This document shows, piece after piece, positions 59,468-62,337 of a stretch of 62,337 nt of DNA (positions within the stretch are counted from its first letter, which is position 1; each line of letters starts with the position of its first letter). Below the pieces are notes generated by a model. That model saw only the letters and a list, made by a program, of their open reading frames with translations. It did no database searches and was not told the DNA's origin. Both the position numbers and the translations under genes were made by a program. Source of the stretch: a virus (lineage: Duplodnaviria > Caudoviricetes). The stretch spans positions 1-62,337 of the IMG/VR virus record IMGVR_UViG_3300027985_000790; one strand, written 5' to 3'.

Positions 59468-59698
59468 TTACTTGCTGCCGGCTTGCGGACCTTTGCGCAC
59501 TGCGGAAGGTGACGCGCCGTTACCCGGTTCCTCGGGCTTCTTCTCGGGCTTCTTCTCGGGCTTCTTCTCAGCGGCGGCCTTAGCCTCGCTGGCAGCTTGA
59601 GCAGCAATCAGCTTCTGGAGCTGGGGGCACTTGGCCACTTGCTCAGCGGTGGTATAGCCAAGGAGCTTACCGTTCTTCATAACCTTGATTTGAGACAT
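59468..59698 (-). CDS. Small head-associated hypothetical protein with (KKPE)3
   Basis: GAGGA RBS; follows the capsid gene. Confidence 0.65.
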   Translation of the reverse strand: MSQIKVMKNGKLLGYTTAEQVAKCPQLQKLIAAQAASEAKAAAEKKPEKKPEKKPEEPGNGASPSAVRKGPQAGSK

Positions 59699-59718
59699 GG
59701 TGGTATCCTCAGAAAGGA

Positions 59719-59738
59719 GAGGGGCCCGAAGGCCCCTC
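59719..59738 (-). terminator. UUCG hairpin after the capsid gene
   Basis: GAGGGGC-CTTCGG-GCCCCTC. Confidence 0.65.
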
Positions 59739-59743
59739 AACTA

Positions 59744-60964
59744 TTACACGGGAGCGATGGTGGTAGCACGCAGGCAGCGAACCGCCAGCATGGGATCCAG
59801 AACTTGCATGCCATACAGCGCATCCAGGGCCACGAAGTTCTTGGCGGTGTCGCCATCGTACCACATGCGAGCACGCAGGGACAGACCAGTCACCGGGTCG
59901 GTGATAGTGTCAATCATTGCGCCTCGGCCGTCACCGGTCATCGGCAGCGGAGCAAATGCCAGAGCAAATGCATTGCGGTGGAACATCAGGTTCCGGATGT
60001 GAGCTGCTTCCTGGGTTGCGGTCAGCAGGTCAAAGGTCACCACGGCATTCTCGGCTACGTTGGTACGCAGCTTGGGATAGATGCTGGCGGTAATCGCGTT
60101 GCTGGCCACGGTAGCATCCGCGGTGAGGATATAGGTGGTCGGGTCACCCGCGATGGTGAAGGTATCGCCGGCCTTGAAGGTTTGGGCATCGGTCAAGCCG
60201 TCGATGGCCAAGGTGGTGGAGTTGGCTGCAGTAGCAGCAACAGCAGCACCCACAACATCACCGGTACCGGCGGAGGCCGTAGCGGTAGAGGTCATGGCAG
60301 CGACGTCCACGTCCGCGTTCTGAGTAGCGAACACTTCCACGCCGAAGCGTTGGCCCAGCGAACCGCGCATCAGCGCTTCTTCGTTGTTGCCTTGGCCGGT
60401 GATTTGGGCTTGGTGGAAGATGCCCAGATCCAGGAAGGACGCTTCCATACCGCCATCAATCAGGTAGTGGATGTCACGTTCCAGCGGAACATGGTTGCCA
60501 CGCAGAACCTTACGGGGCTGGGTGATGAAGTTGGACCCGACGGTGCCGGTCAAGGTGTACTTGGGACCAACGGTGGAACCCAGAGCGTGCAGATCCCGGT
60601 CAATCTTGTCCGCCAAAGCGTAGGCAGCAGGAGCAATATGCTCGCTGATGATACGCTCGGAGGTGTAGGCCAGTTCCCGGTCGGTCAAGCCAAACTTGAC
60701 TTCCTGGTGGTTGGTCAGGGTGATCTGGACGTTCTGCCCAACTACGTCCTGGGCGGTGGTACCCGTACCAGCAACGTGTTCTTGAGCAGTGAAGTGGGAC
60801 GGACGGCGCAGGTTGATGGTATCACCCAGTTCCCGGCCAGTGGAGTTCCGTTCTTCCTCCGCGCCGCGGTGGACGCGACCAGCGAAGCCCAGCGCCTTGT
60901 AAAGAACAATAAGCGCCTCGTTTGCGAAGAACGTAGGATTGTAGTTACCCAGAACGTTAGACAT
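59744..60964 (-). CDS. Major capsid protein (P22 coat-like)
   Basis: GDTI..RRP, I.PA...LA..ID, KAGDTFTIAG, FHRNAFALA..PL and D.LYG. Confidence 0.9.
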   Translation of the reverse strand: MSNVLGNYNPTFFANEALIVLYKALGFAGRVHRGAEEERNSTGRELGDTINLRRPSHFTAQEHVAGTGTTAQDVVGQNVQITLTNHQEVKFGLTDRELAYTSERIISEHIAPAAYALADKIDRDLHALGSTVGPKYTLTGTVGSNFITQPRKVLRGNHVPLERDIHYLIDGGMEASFLDLGIFHQAQITGQGNNEEALMRGSLGQRFGVEVFATQNADVDVAAMTSTATASAGTGDVVGAAVAATAANSTTLAIDGLTDAQTFKAGDTFTIAGDPTTYILTADATVASNAITASIYPKLRTNVAENAVVTFDLLTATQEAAHIRNLMFHRNAFALAFAPLPMTGDGRGAMIDTITDPVTGLSLRARMWYDGDTAKNFVALDALYGMQVLDPMLAVRCLRATTIAPV

Positions 60965-61024
60965 GGCTTTGTCTCCTAAATGCGCTTAGCGCGTTTCATT
61001 AAATCCGCGCTAAGCGCGGCTCTG

Positions 61025-61813
61025 TCAGTCAACGATGACCAGGTTCTTGCCCAGCTTAGCCGCTTGCTCCTTGGCAGCGCGGTAAGTAGCCGGGTCACGG
61101 GCTTGGTCACGAGTGATAGTCACGGTAGTACCCCGCTGGCCACCCTTTTCGCTACCGCCAGCGCCGATGCCAGAAGAACCTGGGAACCAGTGAGGTGCCT
61201 TGTCCTTCATGCTCTCGAGCCATTCAGCAGGGGTGAGCGGGTTCTTACCATCTTTGCCCAGTCGGACAGACCCATCAGGATCTTTAGCTACCAGAGTGTC
61301 GCCCTCACCCAGTGAGAACAAGCCCTTGCCCCGATACATGGCATCTTCAATAGCGCTGGGCAGCAAACCGTGCTCGGCGGCTGCGGTGCGCAAGGAACCT
61401 TCAATCAAAAGGTTCTTGACGCGCTCGAGCAGCTTACCATTCTCGCCCTTGAGGCTGTTCTCACGTTCTTCCGCGGCAGTGAGCCGCTTAGTGAAATCGC
61501 CTTTGAGCGCGTCAGTACGCCGCTGGAAGACCTCGTCCATCTTGCCTTCGGCAATCAGCTTGGCCTCTTCGCTCTCGTTCAGGTTCTTCATCAGACTGCG
61601 AACCTGTTCCGGATCCAGGCCATCCCACTGCTTCTTGAACTCAGCAAACTGCTGGTCCAACTGGCGCTTTTCCTGCAGGATGGTATCACGGTTGGCTTCC
61701 AACTGCTGGTTGGCGGCCTTGACGATAGCAACCACTCGCGGGTCATTGGGGTCGAGGGCATCGCCTTCGCCGTCACCCGGACGAGTAGCATAAATACGGT
61801 TGAGTTTGTTCAT
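61025..61813 (-). CDS. Capsid scaffolding protein
   Basis: Coiled coil; AP.HWFP.S.G.GA.G; directly upstream of the capsid gene; AGGAG RBS. Confidence 0.8.
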   Translation of the reverse strand: MNKLNRIYATRPGDGEGDALDPNDPRVVAIVKAANQQLEANRDTILQEKRQLDQQFAEFKKQWDGLDPEQVRSLMKNLNESEEAKLIAEGKMDEVFQRRTDALKGDFTKRLTAAEERENSLKGENGKLLERVKNLLIEGSLRTAAAEHGLLPSAIEDAMYRGKGLFSLGEGDTLVAKDPDGSVRLGKDGKNPLTPAEWLESMKDKAPHWFPGSSGIGAGGSEKGGQRGTTVTITRDQARDPATYRAAKEQAAKLGKNLVIVD

Positions 61814-62003
61814 GGTAAAATCTCCTGATTTTTCGGCGCTGCCTAGACGATAAACTGGGGCACCCAATTTGTGCGTCTTGAGTATTCTATGCGTATAAGT
61901 CAGTGAGTTCAATTGTGGGTAATAAAGCGGTTATTTGTAGATTAAGGTCTTGAGAATACTACCAGTTGTTTTATACTTAGATTGTCAATAGAGGAGACAT
62001 GCT

Positions 62004-62249
62004 ATGTCCATTTTCTTGCTCAAGCACCGCGCCAGCCAGCGGTTCGCTACTGTAAATGAAACTACGCAGTGCTTTGAACTGGTCCCTGCTCCCACCCATG
62101 TAAAAACTGTGTGGATAGCGCCCAGCAGACAGCACGCTGAGCACATAGACGCTTTTGGGCATCTGCTTGCAGGGGAGAACTACGACTTCCCGCATAACCC
62201 GCGTCCAGGCGAGTATGACGTAGTGGAGTTTGAGCAAATTCCGTTCTAG
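62004..62249 (+). CDS. Hypothetical protein
   Basis: GAGGAG RBS. Confidence 0.6.
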   Translation: MSIFLLKHRASQRFATVNETTQCFELVPAPTHVKTVWIAPSRQHAEHIDAFGHLLAGENYDFPHNPRPGEYDVVEFEQIPF

Positions 62250-62257
62250 GGGGATTC

Positions 62258-62337
62258 ATGAATATTTTTATTCTACGCAACTCACTGAATGGCGCCTTGG
62301 GTGCCTTGGAAGCCACTTGGAACAAGGTAGAAGGAAC
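62258..62337 (+). CDS. Partial ORF (MNIFILRNS...) running off the window end
   Basis: GGGGG RBS; frame open to the end. Confidence 0.45.
   Translation, partial: MNIFILRNSLNGALGALEATWNKVEG

Noticed and set aside
59526-59570. 12-bp tandem repeat as a contingency locus
   Set aside because: In-frame KKPE low-complexity linker; copy-number changes would not shift the frame
59597-60979. 460-aa plus-strand ORF
   Set aside because: Antisense shadow of the capsid gene with no recognisable motifs
61977-62325. Minus-strand ORFs 61977..62237 and 62062..62325
   Set aside because: They overlap plus-strand ORFs that have clearer RBSs
62258-62337. Exact circular join to position 1
   Set aside because: No terminal overlap, and the last ORF would run through the terminator into antisense phoH, so some sequence is probably missing

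Overview
This window is a near-complete, circularly permuted genome of a lytic siphovirus of a Gram-negative host (spanins present; no integrase seen). Almost all genes are on the minus strand. Modules, in transcription order: terS, terL and portal, then a class II RNR, holin, head morphogenesis protein, endolysin and PhoH interleaved in the head region (8.7 kb to 0); scaffold, P22-like capsid, neck and a YuA/Chi-like tail with spanins (62 to 44 kb); replication genes (SNF2, SSB, AEP primase, UvrD, RecD-like, DnaQ-like, clamp-like, PolA, clamp loader) containing a full 7-deazaguanine pathway (queD, queC, folE, queF, dpdA-like, queE) (43.5 to 21.8 kb); and about 12 kb of small accessory genes dominated by two paralog families (21 to 9.8 kb). 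The most unusual signals are non-coding: (i) a phased ~29-bp-period array of Fur-box-like 15-mers upstream of terS, with more boxes at early promoters; (ii) a 100-nt tRNA-like RNA with an enlarged anticodon arm; (iii) a 64-bp element present twice whose 32-nt purine/pyrimidine alternation is conserved through transitions; (iv) 15 copies of GTTTAAAC; (v) tandem NrdR-like boxes and an SD-sequestering hairpin before nrdJ. All calls come from manual motif reading; no database searches were run.
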